A DNA stretch of 64,000 bases, from the NCBI GenBank assembly GCA_050115495.1, contig JASFQK010000002.1:32001-96000 (forward strand), in the 5' to 3' direction. Positions 37,593-47,663 of the stretch are shown here, in pieces. A program made the position numbers and the translations under genes. The notes beneath the pieces were generated by a model. That model worked only from the letters and a program-made list of their open reading frames with translations, did no database searches and was not told the origin of the DNA. The first letter of the stretch is position 1, and every line of letters starts with the position of its first letter. This DNA comes from Phycisphaerae bacterium. Its GTDB lineage: Bacteria; Planctomycetota; Phycisphaerae; UBA1845; Fen-1342.

Positions 37593-39836
37593 ATGCGATG
37601 GAATCTCCTTGCCGCGGGCGCGCTGCTGGCGGGGGTGTTGCTGGTCGGGGCTTGTGATCGGCCACCGGCCGGGAGCGCCGGCCCGGGATCAGCCGATCAT
37701 CCCAACGTTCTGCTGATTACGCTGGATACGACGCGAGCCGACCACCTCGGCTGCTACGGCCACACAGCGGCACAGACACCCGTGCTGGACAAGCTGGCCG
37801 CCGGCGGCGTGCGTTGCGAGCGAGCCTATTGCCAGGCGCCGTTGACGCTGCCGTCGCACACGGCGTTGCTGACCAGCTCCTATCCGCCGGCGAACGGCAT
37901 TCGCATGAACGGTGGCGGCGTGGTGGCCGAGAGCTGGCCGACGCTGGCGGAGCAGTTTCACGCGCATGAGTATCGGACCGGGGCGTTCATCGCGGCCTGG
38001 GTGCTGCACGCCGGCTTCGGCCTGAACCGCGGCTTTGATCGCTACGACGATGAGCTCGGCGGCGAAGAAGCCGGCGCCGTGGAGCAGCTCGAACGCCGGG
38101 GGGACGACGTCTGCGACCGGGCCTTGGCCTGGCTGGCGGAGCAGCCGGGCAAGCCGTTTTTCGCCTGGGTGCATTTCTTCGATCCGCATCATCCGTACGC
38201 GCCGCCGGCGCCGTACGACGCGAAGCTCGCCGATCCGTACGACGGTGAGATTGCCTTCATGGATGCCCAGGTGGGGCGGCTGGTGGCCTGGCTCGAAGAG
38301 AAGGGGCTGCGTGAGCGAACACTGATCGTGGTCGTGGGCGATCACGGCGAGGCGTTCGGCGAGCACGGTGAGACCGAGCACGGGCTGTTCCTGTACGACA
38401 CGACGCTACGCGTGCCGCTGATCTTCTCGTTCCCGTCGCGCGTGAACGCGGGGCACGTTGTGGCCGGCAGCGTGCGCCTGGTGGATATCGCCCCGACCGT
38501 GCTGGAGCTGCTGGGCTGGCCGTTGCCGGCGGCGTGGCAGGGCGAGAGCCTGCGGTCGGCGCTGGCCGGTAAGGCACTGGCCGGCCGTCCGGTCTACGGT
38601 GAGACGCAGTACCCGCGCGTCGGCTTCGGCTGGGCGCCGCTGCGCTGCTGCATCATGGACCAGTGGAAGTACATCGATGCGCCGCGTCCGGAGCTGTATG
38701 ACTGGCGGGCGGATCCGGCCGAGGAAACGAACGTGCTGGATGCGCACGCCGACGTCGCCGCGCAGCTTCGTGCGGAACTGGCCGATTTGGTGGCCGGCTG
38801 GGAGAGTTCACCGGCGCGGCAGGTGGCGCTCGACGCAGAGGACATCCAGGCGCTCGAAAGTCTCGGCTACGTGGGTGTGGCCGGCGAGATGCCGGAATCG
38901 GACACGCCGCGGCGCGACGCGAAGGACATGGTGGACGTGCATCGCGGGTTGCTCGCCGGCCGGCGCATGCTGACCGAGGGTCGCTCCGCCGACGTGGTGG
39001 CGCTGCTCGAACCGCTTGCGCAGCAGAGCCCGGAATCGGACGAGCTGCACGCCGTGCTCGGCGAGGCGTACCTGAAGCTGCAACGCTTCGCCGACGCGGA
39101 GCGCGAGTACCGCGACAGCCTGCGCAGCGTGGCGACGAACGCCCGCAAGTGGTGCCGGCTGGGCGACGCCGTGCTTGGGCAGCAACGCGTCGACGAAGCG
39201 CTGGCCTGCTACCAGCGGGCGGCGGATTTGCCCGGCGAATACGGCCCGGCGCTGAGCCGGCTCGGCGCGCTCTACGCCAGACGCCGCGAGTTCGCCCAGG
39301 CTGAGCCGTTTCTGCGGCGGCGGCTGGCGCTCGAACCGCACTCGCCCGGAGCGTTGGTTAACCTGGCCAACGTGCTCGGTCCGCTGGGGCGTCGTGAGGA
39401 GGCGGTCCGTCTTGCCCGGCAGGCGCTGACCGAAGACCCGCGGTTCACGGCGGCGCATCGCTTCCTGTGGCAGGTGCTGGTCGCCACACACAAGAACGGC
39501 GAAGCGATCGAGGCGTTACGGGCGGCGGTGACGGCGCTGCCCGAGGATGTGTCGTTGCGGCGGCAACTGGCCACGCTGCTGGCGATGGTGCCGGAGGCCG
39601 GCGCGGCGGGGCGGGAAGAAGCGTTGGCGCTGGCCGAGCAGTGCGTCGCGCTGGCCCCGCAGGATCCGGAATGTCTGGACACGCTGTCCATCGTGCACGG
39701 GGCGCGGGGAGATGTTGCTCGGGCGTTGGAGCTCGGCCGACAAGCGCTGGCGCTGGCTCAGCACCAGGGCAAGCGTGCGGTGGCCGAGCGCATCGCGGCT
39801 CGCTTGCGCATGCTGGAAGGGCAGCGCCGGCCGTAA
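37593..39836 (+). CDS. Sulfatase-like (alkaline phosphatase superfamily) lipoprotein with C-terminal TPR repeats
   Basis: Lipobox LVGAC; NVLLITLDTTRAD, TLPSH, HFFDPH, YDGEI, GDHGE, ELYD...DP.E; TPR helices. Confidence 0.88.
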   Translation: MRWNLLAAGALLAGVLLVGACDRPPAGSAGPGSADHPNVLLITLDTTRADHLGCYGHTAAQTPVLDKLAAGGVRCERAYCQAPLTLPSHTALLTSSYPPANGIRMNGGGVVAESWPTLAEQFHAHEYRTGAFIAAWVLHAGFGLNRGFDRYDDELGGEEAGAVEQLERRGDDVCDRALAWLAEQPGKPFFAWVHFFDPHHPYAPPAPYDAKLADPYDGEIAFMDAQVGRLVAWLEEKGLRERTLIVVVGDHGEAFGEHGETEHGLFLYDTTLRVPLIFSFPSRVNAGHVVAGSVRLVDIAPTVLELLGWPLPAAWQGESLRSALAGKALAGRPVYGETQYPRVGFGWAPLRCCIMDQWKYIDAPRPELYDWRADPAEETNVLDAHADVAAQLRAELADLVAGWESSPARQVALDAEDIQALESLGYVGVAGEMPESDTPRRDAKDMVDVHRGLLAGRRMLTEGRSADVVALLEPLAQQSPESDELHAVLGEAYLKLQRFADAEREYRDSLRSVATNARKWCRLGDAVLGQQRVDEALACYQRAADLPGEYGPALSRLGALYARRREFAQAEPFLRRRLALEPHSPGALVNLANVLGPLGRREEAVRLARQALTEDPRFTAAHRFLWQVLVATHKNGEAIEALRAAVTALPEDVSLRRQLATLLAMVPEAGAAGREEALALAEQCVALAPQDPECLDTLSIVHGARGDVARALELGRQALALAQHQGKRAVAERIAARLRMLEGQRRP

Positions 39837-39845
39837 CGCGTGCGG

Positions 39846-41303
39846 CTATGTCTGAGACGGATGGGCGGCATCGCTCGTCGCTGCGGTTTCGAAGAAGCGC
39901 AGTTGCCGATCCTCGAACAGGTCTTTCTGGAACGCCGGGTCGATGGGGATGGGGTACTCACCCGTGAAGCACGCGTGGCAGAAGTCCGCATCGGGCGTGC
40001 GCGCCGCGGCCAGCAGGCCCTCGAGCGAGAGATAGGCGAGCGAGTCGACGCCGAGGAACTGACGAATCTCCTCGACCGACCGCTCGTTGGCGATCAGCTC
40101 CTCACGGCTGGGGAAGTCGATGCCGTAGTAGCAGGGGTGGCGAATGGGCGGGCTGGCGACGCGAAGGTGGATCTCGCGGGCGCCGGCCCGGCGGAGCGAG
40201 TCCATCTTGCCGCGGGTGGTCGTGCCGCGCACCACGGAGTCTTCGACGACGACCAGCCGCTTGCCCTCGACGCTGGCCCGAATCGGGTTGAGCTTCAGCC
40301 GCACGGTGAGATCGCGGATGGTCTGGGTCGGCTGGATGAACGAGCGGCCGACGTAGTGGTTCGTCGTGAAACCGCGGCCCATCGGTATGCCGGACTCTTC
40401 GTGATAGCCGAGGGCGGCGCAGCGGGCGCAGTTGGGCACGGGGATGACGAGGTCGGCGTCGACCGGCGCTTCGCGGGCCAGGGCCCGGCCCATCGCCTTG
40501 CGCACCAGGTGCACGTTGTCGCCGAAGACCAGGCTGGCCGGATCGGCGAAGTACACGTGCTCGAAGATGCAGTGGGCGCGGCGCTGGCTGTCGGCGTCGA
40601 CAAAGCGGCGCGAACTCATACTGTTGACGCGCAGCGTGACGATCTCGCCGGGCTCGACATCGCGGACGTATTCCGCCTCGATGATGTCCAGGGCGACGGT
40701 CTCGCTGGCGACGATCCAGGCATCGCCCTTGCGGCCGAGGCACAGCGGGCGGTTGCCGGTTGGATCGCGCACCGCCTCGATGCGGTCCGGGTAGGCCAGC
40801 AGCAGGCAGTACGCCCCGCGCAGGTGCCGCAGCACCGTGGCCAGCGGGTCCGGCTGCTCGGCGAAATGCTGGTCGGCCAGCATGTGCAGGATCACTTCGG
40901 TGTCCGAGGTGGTGACGAAAATGTGCCCGTGGGCCTCGTACGCCTGGCGGATCTCGGCGGCGTTGACCAGGTTGCCGTTGTGACAGATGGCCACCTGCCC
41001 GATCGAGCAGGACACCAGCAGCGGCTGGATGTTCGCTTCGCGGCTGGAGCCGGTTGTTGAATATCGTACGTGGCCGATGGCCAGCGGGTGCCGGACGTTG
41101 GCCAGTTGCCGCTGGTCGATGGCGTCGGTGAGCAGGCCCATGCCGGCCAGGCGATGGAGCTGCTGGCCGTCGGCGAAACAAATTCCCGCCGATTCCTGCC
41201 CGCGATGCTGCTGGGCGTACAGTCCCAGGTAGGTCAGATGGGCGGCATCAGGGTGGGCGGCGATGCCGAACAGGCCGCAGTGATGGGTGATTTCGAGCAC
41301 CAT
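39846..41303 (-). CDS. purF: Amidophosphoribosyltransferase (propeptide and 4Fe-4S type)
   Basis: HHCGLFG, QHRGQESAG, GHVRYSTTG, HNGNL, CIFEHVYF, VEDSVVRGTT, CYYGIDF, CHACF. Confidence 0.96.
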   Translation of the reverse strand: MVLEITHHCGLFGIAAHPDAAHLTYLGLYAQQHRGQESAGICFADGQQLHRLAGMGLLTDAIDQRQLANVRHPLAIGHVRYSTTGSSREANIQPLLVSCSIGQVAICHNGNLVNAAEIRQAYEAHGHIFVTTSDTEVILHMLADQHFAEQPDPLATVLRHLRGAYCLLLAYPDRIEAVRDPTGNRPLCLGRKGDAWIVASETVALDIIEAEYVRDVEPGEIVTLRVNSMSSRRFVDADSQRRAHCIFEHVYFADPASLVFGDNVHLVRKAMGRALAREAPVDADLVIPVPNCARCAALGYHEESGIPMGRGFTTNHYVGRSFIQPTQTIRDLTVRLKLNPIRASVEGKRLVVVEDSVVRGTTTRGKMDSLRRAGAREIHLRVASPPIRHPCYYGIDFPSREELIANERSVEEIRQFLGVDSLAYLSLEGLLAAARTPDADFCHACFTGEYPIPIDPAFQKDLFEDRQLRFFETAATSDAAHPSQT

Positions 41304-41361
41304 TGCCACGGTATACCGGCCCGGGGCCCCAGCCGCAATCCCGACCCGGTCGGCGGGGCCA

Positions 41362-41389
41362 TTGACCCGGCGGGGCCGGTCCCGATAAT
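41362..41389 (+). promoter_or_regulatory. Sigma70-like promoter of lptD
   Basis: TTGACC-N16-GATAAT upstream of the ORF. Confidence 0.45.
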
Positions 41390-41421
41390 GCACAGCCAGC
41401 GAGGTCTTCGGCTCCAAACGA

Positions 41422-44400
41422 GTGCGAGTGGTGCGGTCTGAATTCGTATCTGCGGGTCTGGTCGTCGCGGCGCGGTCCAACGCCGGCCGCCAACGGTTCG
41501 TGCTGCGGGCGGCCGTGGCTGCGGCCATGCTCCTGCTGACCGCCAACTGGGTCCAAGCTCAGTCCGACCTCGAAGAGCCGCTCCTGCCCGCCGAGATTTC
41601 CTCCAACGACGTCGAGCTCCGCGGCCGCTACGCCCGCCAGTGGAAGGAAGCGGACGGCACGCTCGTTGTCATGCTCACCGGCGGCTTCCAGCTCGACATG
41701 GGTCTGCGGCACTTCACGGCCAACGCCGGCGTCGTCTGGATCGTCCCCAGTCTCGACGAGGCCGCCGGCCGCAAGTACTACGCCCTCACCGTCTACCTCA
41801 GCGAACAGGCCCAGGTGCAGGAGTTCGGCGGCACGACCATCGAGGACAACGTCCTGCTGGTCAGCAACCTGCGCACGTACGGCCGCGTCATCAAGTATCA
41901 CGATGCTCACGCGCTCGAAGGCGGTGAGCAATCGCCGCTGTATCAGCAGGCGCTGCGGCATCGGACAGAGATCGAATCCGGCGTCCGCCCGGCGACGAGC
42001 CGGCCGGCACAACCGGTCGAAGTGACGCATCCGGGCGAGACACGGGCGTTGATCGAGGAAGATCGCCCGCCGCGGATCATTCGCTACGAGCTGCCGAACG
42101 TGGATCCGGCGGAGACGCCCGCGGGCATGCGGGTCTTCGTGGCGCGGGCTGACGGATCGCGGCGCGTGTACTTCTCGCGCGACGGCGGGCCGGACGCCCC
42201 GATGCTCGAAATCCAGGCGGACAACGCCGTCGTGTTCCCCGGTGAAGGGCTGACACGCCGCACGCCGAAAGAGACGCCGGCGACGGAGCCGGCCGCCGAG
42301 GAGCCCGCCGCCGGCGAAGCTGCCGTCGAGCCGGTTCAGCCTCCTGCCGATGCGGCGGAACAGGAGCCGGGGGAGCGCTCGCTGCTGCCGAGCGGCTTGG
42401 TGGAGAACGTTCGCGGCGTTTACCTCGAAGGCGACGTGGTGCTGTCGCTGGGCACGAGCTTCGTGCGGGCCAGCCGGCTCTATTACGACTTCGAGCACGA
42501 CCGGGCGATGATCCTCGACGCCGTCTTCCGCGCGGACGTCCCCGGCCGACAGATTCCGCTGTACATCCGTGCCGACGAGATCCGCCAGCTTTCGGCCACC
42601 GAGTTCACCGCGGAGAACGCGCGGGTGACCACCAGCGAGTTCTACGCTCCGCACTATCACATCGGTGCCGAGCGCGTCGTGCTGCGTGATCTGACCGATC
42701 GCGATGCGACGGGGCAGGCCGTGGGCACGGCGACCGGCGAGTACGAACTGCACGACGCGACGGCCAACGTCGAGGGTCTGCCGCTGCTGTGGTGGCCGTA
42801 CACCCGTGGCCGGGTCGAGGCCAGCGAGACCAGCCTGCGCAGCTTCCGTACCGGCTACAGCGGTGATCGCGGCGTCGAGCTCGAAACCCGCTGGCACCTG
42901 CTGAACATGCTCGGCATCCTGGAGCCCGAGGGCTACGACACGACGTGGCGACTCGACTACTTCTCCGAGCGCGGACCGGCGACGGGCGTCGACGTCGATT
43001 ACGCCCGTGACGACTACTTCGGCCTGTGGCGCTCCTACTACATCCACGACGACGGCGAGGACGACCTCGGCCCGCTCCGTCGTAACCAGGAAGAGCCCGA
43101 CAACGACGACCGCGGCCGGCTTCTCTGGCGGCATCGGCACTTCCTGCCGAACGACTGGGAGGCGACGTTCGAGATCGCCTACCTCAGCGACAAGAACTTC
43201 CTCGAAGAGTACGAGCGCTCCGAATTCAACGAGAGCAAGGAGCAGGAGACGCTCATCCAGTTCAAGCGGGCCGGCGAGGTCGACGCCGTGACGCTGCTGG
43301 CCAACTGGCGGCTGCTCGACTTCCTCACGCAGACCGAGCACCTGCCCGAATTGGCGTACCGCCGAATCGGCGACACGTTCCTCTCGCCGCTCGTGCTGTA
43401 CCACGAGTCGCGGATCGGGGCGGTGCGGTATCGGCCGGCGGGGCTCGATTTCGAGGATCTGCCGCTGTGGCTGTACGAGCACAAGTACACGGGGCTGCCG
43501 GGCCGGCGTGGCGGCGCGACGGACACGACCTTCCGCGTGGATGCGCGGCAGGAAGTCGAGCTGCCGCTACGGCTGGGGCCGGTGAACCTGGTGCCGTTCG
43601 CGTCGTTCCGCGGTACGTACTGGGACGGCAGCCGCATGCGGGACGGCGGCCTGTGGCGCGGACTGGGTGTGTACGGCATGCGCGGCGGGACGGTGTTCAG
43701 CCGCGTGTACGACGACATCGAGTCGGCGTTGCTGGACATCCACCGCATCCGCCACATCATCCGCCCCGAGTTCGTGGCCTGGTTCGGGCACAGCAACACG
43801 CGCAGCGAGCTCATCTCGCCGTTTGACTACGGCATCGAGACCATCGACGGTTTCTACGGGGCCAGCGCTGCCCTGCGGCAGACGTGGCAGACGCAGCGCG
43901 GCGGGCCGGACCATTGGCGCACCGTCGATCTGCTCACCCTCAATCTCGAAGCCGGCTTCTTCGGCAACACCGACGGCCGCGACGAGGAGTCGAACGGCTG
44001 GGTCAATCCGCTGCGACCCGAAAACAGCCGCGCTCGCAACTACCTCGGCGGCGACGTGACCTGGCGTCTAAGCGATACGACCAACCTGCTGTACGAGTTC
44101 AACGTCGACACGGACGACTGGAGCCTCGATCGGCAGAACGTGTCGCTGGCGGTGGAGCGCCTGCCCCGGCTGGCGTACGTCCTTGGCTATCGCCACGCCG
44201 GCGACATCGACCTGGACCTGATCGGCGGCGGCTGGAACTACAAGCTGACCGAGAAGCACATCACGACCGTGCGCACCTGGTTCGACGTGGACCGCGGCGA
44301 CATCGGCGAAATCTCGTTCGGCTACGTCCGCAAGCTCCCGCGCTGGTACGTGGCGGTCAGCGTCGAGTACGACCGCATCGACGACGACATCACCGTTTCG

Positions 44401-44490
44401 TTGTCGGTCTGGCCGGAGGGGATTCCCGAGTGGACGGTCGGCTCGCGGCGGTTCACCGGCCTGGGCACGACGACCGGCATTCGTCCGTAG
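41422..44490 (+). CDS. lptD: LPS-assembly protein LptD-like outer-membrane beta-barrel (planctomycete type)
   Basis: Signal peptide; VYLEGDV, ASRLYYDF, TTSEFYAPHY, SDKNFLEEY, LPEL.Y, IRHIIRPE; long amphipathic beta-strand C-terminus. Confidence 0.75.
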   Translation: MRVVRSEFVSAGLVVAARSNAGRQRFVLRAAVAAAMLLLTANWVQAQSDLEEPLLPAEISSNDVELRGRYARQWKEADGTLVVMLTGGFQLDMGLRHFTANAGVVWIVPSLDEAAGRKYYALTVYLSEQAQVQEFGGTTIEDNVLLVSNLRTYGRVIKYHDAHALEGGEQSPLYQQALRHRTEIESGVRPATSRPAQPVEVTHPGETRALIEEDRPPRIIRYELPNVDPAETPAGMRVFVARADGSRRVYFSRDGGPDAPMLEIQADNAVVFPGEGLTRRTPKETPATEPAAEEPAAGEAAVEPVQPPADAAEQEPGERSLLPSGLVENVRGVYLEGDVVLSLGTSFVRASRLYYDFEHDRAMILDAVFRADVPGRQIPLYIRADEIRQLSATEFTAENARVTTSEFYAPHYHIGAERVVLRDLTDRDATGQAVGTATGEYELHDATANVEGLPLLWWPYTRGRVEASETSLRSFRTGYSGDRGVELETRWHLLNMLGILEPEGYDTTWRLDYFSERGPATGVDVDYARDDYFGLWRSYYIHDDGEDDLGPLRRNQEEPDNDDRGRLLWRHRHFLPNDWEATFEIAYLSDKNFLEEYERSEFNESKEQETLIQFKRAGEVDAVTLLANWRLLDFLTQTEHLPELAYRRIGDTFLSPLVLYHESRIGAVRYRPAGLDFEDLPLWLYEHKYTGLPGRRGGATDTTFRVDARQEVELPLRLGPVNLVPFASFRGTYWDGSRMRDGGLWRGLGVYGMRGGTVFSRVYDDIESALLDIHRIRHIIRPEFVAWFGHSNTRSELISPFDYGIETIDGFYGASAALRQTWQTQRGGPDHWRTVDLLTLNLEAGFFGNTDGRDEESNGWVNPLRPENSRARNYLGGDVTWRLSDTTNLLYEFNVDTDDWSLDRQNVSLAVERLPRLAYVLGYRHAGDIDLDLIGGGWNYKLTEKHITTVRTWFDVDRGDIGEISFGYVRKLPRWYVAVSVEYDRIDDDITVSLSVWPEGIPEWTVGSRRFTGLGTTTGIRP

Positions 44491-44701
44491 CGGCCCTGCG
44501 TCCGGCGGGAATGTAGCGCCGGCCCCCCGTGGCCGACGTCGCATGCCGAACGACGTCCGACTCGCAACGTGGCAACCGATTTCCGCGTCGGCTGTCAGGG
44601 TCGCGTGTGCATCGCACCGGTGGACAAGCACCGCAGCGTCGGTCCCTGCGGCCACCGTCGCTTTCTCGGAGGTCGTGGAAACCAGGGGATACCCGATCAC
44701 C

Positions 44702-45664
44702 ATGGATGACACCGCTCCGGAAACGTCTGGCCAGCGCCCTCCGCTGCTGATCACGCGCGTGCCGCCGCCGGCGCCGCAGTCGCTAATTGGCCAGTTGGCG
44801 ACGCTGCTGGTCGTGGTAGTGGTCGTGAGTGCGGTACCCGTTTTGGTGTTGACGCTCGTGATGGGCCCACAATGGTTGATCGCGCTGGCCGTGGTGAACG
44901 GGCTGGTTGTGTTCGCCATCGTGACCTGGGCTTGGACCCGGGCGAGAGCACGCGTTGAGGCGCAACGCGCAGCGCATGCGGCGCAGTTCCCGGACTGGGC
45001 CGCCGACCCCCTCGCGCAGAAGCTGGCGTCGCAATGGCGGCCGCGCAAGATACCGGACATCAAGACCGTGCGGGCCGCCCTGGACGAGGTGCCGCCCCTG
45101 GAGCCGCCTCGCCCGCGGATCATCTGTCTGGGGGCCGTGGAGATCCCGGAGGTTGGTGACCATCGTTTCGAGCCCGTCATCATCACACCGACGCGGTTCG
45201 TGGGTCGGCGGCTCTGGCTGGTGGTGGCGGCCGTGATGATTGTGGCGGTCTGGCTGGCGGAGGTCATTCACATCCTCCCCCGTTACCCCGGCGTGAACCT
45301 CGGTTCGTTCAGCTACTTCCTGTTTGCCGGCGGCGTGGTCGCGGCTACCTGGGTTTGGCGGACGATGATTCGGCCCACGTACGTCCGTCTGGCCCCCGGC
45401 GTCGTGCAGATCGTGCGCTTCCCGTTCGGCAAGGGAAAGCCGAACATCCGCAGCTATCCCATGGACGCGGAGGCGGTGGTGCTTGTCGTGCAAGCGCCGG
45501 TTGCCCGGGTCCCGGCGGTAATGACCCTGGCCCGCGGCGACCGGCACGACAACCTTCCCGTCTGGCAGATGAGTGGCCGGGCGGGACTGATGGAGCAGCT
45601 CTGGCAGGCGCTGCTCTCCACCGCGCCCACGCCGCCGCTGAGTGAGGAAGAACTGCTCGGCTGA
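44702..45664 (+). CDS. Uncharacterised 4-TM membrane protein, tandem paralog 1 of 4
   Basis: Shares QRxPxLITxVP, RFEPxxITPT, IRPTYxRLAPG, WQALLSTAPTPPLSxExLLG with the next three ORFs; start set at ATG 44702 by alignment. Confidence 0.85.
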   Translation: MDDTAPETSGQRPPLLITRVPPPAPQSLIGQLATLLVVVVVVSAVPVLVLTLVMGPQWLIALAVVNGLVVFAIVTWAWTRARARVEAQRAAHAAQFPDWAADPLAQKLASQWRPRKIPDIKTVRAALDEVPPLEPPRPRIICLGAVEIPEVGDHRFEPVIITPTRFVGRRLWLVVAAVMIVAVWLAEVIHILPRYPGVNLGSFSYFLFAGGVVAATWVWRTMIRPTYVRLAPGVVQIVRFPFGKGKPNIRSYPMDAEAVVLVVQAPVARVPAVMTLARGDRHDNLPVWQMSGRAGLMEQLWQALLSTAPTPPLSEEELLG

Positions 45665-45685
45665 TGGAGACAGGGGTTTACCGGC

Positions 45686-46660
45686 ATGGCAGATCCCGAT
45701 CGAGAACCACCCGGCCAGCGCCTTCCGCCGCTGATTACGCAGGTGCCGGTGCCGGAGCCGCGGGCGGTACGCCGTTGGCCGTTGTGGCTGGCTGTGATCC
45801 TGATGCTGCTCGGGCTTGCGGCGGCATTCGGCCCGGGACCGACGTGGGGCGGTACGTGGCTTGTGCCGACGGGGCACGTCCTGATGGGTCTGGCGGGCAC
45901 GGCATGTCTGTTGTGGTTCTTCGCCGCCAAGCGATGGTCGCGCATCGCCCAGGCGTGCGCGGCGCAGTTGGCGCAGTTGCCCGAGTGGGAGGCGGATCCG
46001 CTGGCGCGCGCATTGCGATCGGGATGGAAACGACCGGACAAACCGCCCGGCGCTGACGCCGTGCAGGCCGCCATCGGCCAGGTGTCGTCACCGGACGCGC
46101 CGCGCGCGCGGATTATCTGCCTGGGCGTGATGGAGGTTCCTGAGGTCGGCGAACTGCGCTTCGAGCCGCGATTCATCACTCCGACGCAGTACGTGGGTCG
46201 CCGGCTCTGGCTGACTGTGATCGCCATCGCGCTCCTTGCGCTGTGGGCGGCTCGCCGAGCACGGTTGCTTCCTGCCTTCTTCGGATTGTTCAAGATGTCC
46301 TCCTTCCTGTACTTCTTCATTGCGGGCGGAGCAGTTGCGGCCGCGTGGATCTGGCGAACGGCCATTCGCCCCACGTACGTCCGCCTGGCCCCCGGCATTG
46401 TGCAGGTCGTGCGCTTCCCCTTCGGCAAGGGAAAGCCGAAGATTGACAGCTACCCCATGAGCCCGGGGACGTTGGTCATCGTGCATCGGTTGCCGGGGAT
46501 CCGGGGGCCGCGGACGATCACGCTGCTCCGCGGCGAGCAGCACGACGACCTTCCCATTTGGCAGATGGGCGGTCGGGCGGAGCTGATGGAGCGTTTCTGG
46601 CAGGCGCTGCTCTCCACCGCGCCCACGCCGCCGCTGAGTGATGAGGACCTGCTCGGCTGA
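45686..46660 (+). CDS. Uncharacterised 4-TM membrane protein, tandem paralog 2 of 4
   Basis: Same conserved blocks; closest to paralog 1 (VGRRLWL, VRFPFGKGKP). Confidence 0.85.
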   Translation: MADPDREPPGQRLPPLITQVPVPEPRAVRRWPLWLAVILMLLGLAAAFGPGPTWGGTWLVPTGHVLMGLAGTACLLWFFAAKRWSRIAQACAAQLAQLPEWEADPLARALRSGWKRPDKPPGADAVQAAIGQVSSPDAPRARIICLGVMEVPEVGELRFEPRFITPTQYVGRRLWLTVIAIALLALWAARRARLLPAFFGLFKMSSFLYFFIAGGAVAAAWIWRTAIRPTYVRLAPGIVQVVRFPFGKGKPKIDSYPMSPGTLVIVHRLPGIRGPRTITLLRGEQHDDLPIWQMGGRAELMERFWQALLSTAPTPPLSDEDLLG

Positions 46661-46680
46661 TGGAGGAGGGGTTCGCCAGC

Positions 46681-47643
46681 ATGAGGGATGCGGCTCAAGA
46701 GATACCCGACCAGCGCCTTCCGCCGTTGATCACGCGCGTGCCGGCGCCGGAGCCGGCGCCGGATCAGGGCTGGCCCATCGGAACTGCTATCGTGTTGGCG
46801 TTTCTGGCGGTGTTCCTGCTTTTCGTCGGGGGATCATGGTTCACACTGGCGGGCGGCGTTCTGCTCGGGGCGGTCGTGTTGTCCGGCCTCGTCGCGTGGT
46901 TTCTGGCCGGGCAGATGCGGATCGCGGCTGTGGAGCGGGCGGCACACGTGGCGCGGTTTCCCGAATGGGAAGCGGACACGCTGGCCAAGACGCTCTCGGC
47001 GCTGTGGAGCCCGCCGTATTCGTTGCTCGACGCCAAGATCGCTCTGCTGGCTATCGGCAGTGCGCCGGACCCGGATCCACCGCGAGCCCACCTCGTCTGC
47101 ATCGGTGCGGTCGACTTGCCGGAGATCGGCGACTATCGCTTCGAACCACTGGTTATCACGCCGACACGATTCCTGGGACGGCAGCTCTGGCTGGCGGCTC
47201 TCGTGTTGTTGATCGTCGCGTTCTCGGCGGCGCGTGCCCTGTATTCTGCATTCTTCACCGGCGGAGACACTGTGGCACCGATCTTCATGCTCTTGTGCGC
47301 CGCCGCCACGCTCCCAGCCGCCTGGGTCTGGCGGTCGGCGATCCGACCCACGTACATCCGCCTGGCGCCCGGCATAGTGCAGATCGTCGCCTTCCCGTTC
47401 GGCCGGGGAAAGCCGAACATTCGCAGCTACCCCATGAGCGCGGGGACCGTCGTGCTCGTGCAGCGGCTGCCGGGCAAGCGGGCGTGCCTGCCAAGGGTGA
47501 TCACCCTCGCCCGCGACGGGCAGCGGGATGACCTTCCGCTCCACCAGATGCACGGCCGGGCGGAGGTGACGGAGCGCCTTTGGCAGGCGCTGCTTTCGAC
47601 TGCGCCAACGCCGCCGCTAAGTGACGAGGAACTACTCGGCTGA
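46681..47643 (+). CDS. Uncharacterised 4-TM membrane protein, tandem paralog 3 of 4
   Basis: Same conserved blocks; GGAGGAGG upstream of ATG 46681 (alternative start 46660). Confidence 0.85.
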   Translation: MRDAAQEIPDQRLPPLITRVPAPEPAPDQGWPIGTAIVLAFLAVFLLFVGGSWFTLAGGVLLGAVVLSGLVAWFLAGQMRIAAVERAAHVARFPEWEADTLAKTLSALWSPPYSLLDAKIALLAIGSAPDPDPPRAHLVCIGAVDLPEIGDYRFEPLVITPTRFLGRQLWLAALVLLIVAFSAARALYSAFFTGGDTVAPIFMLLCAAATLPAAWVWRSAIRPTYIRLAPGIVQIVAFPFGRGKPNIRSYPMSAGTVVLVQRLPGKRACLPRVITLARDGQRDDLPLHQMHGRAEVTERLWQALLSTAPTPPLSDEELLG

Positions 47644-47663
47644 GGATTGCAGGATTCGTCCGT

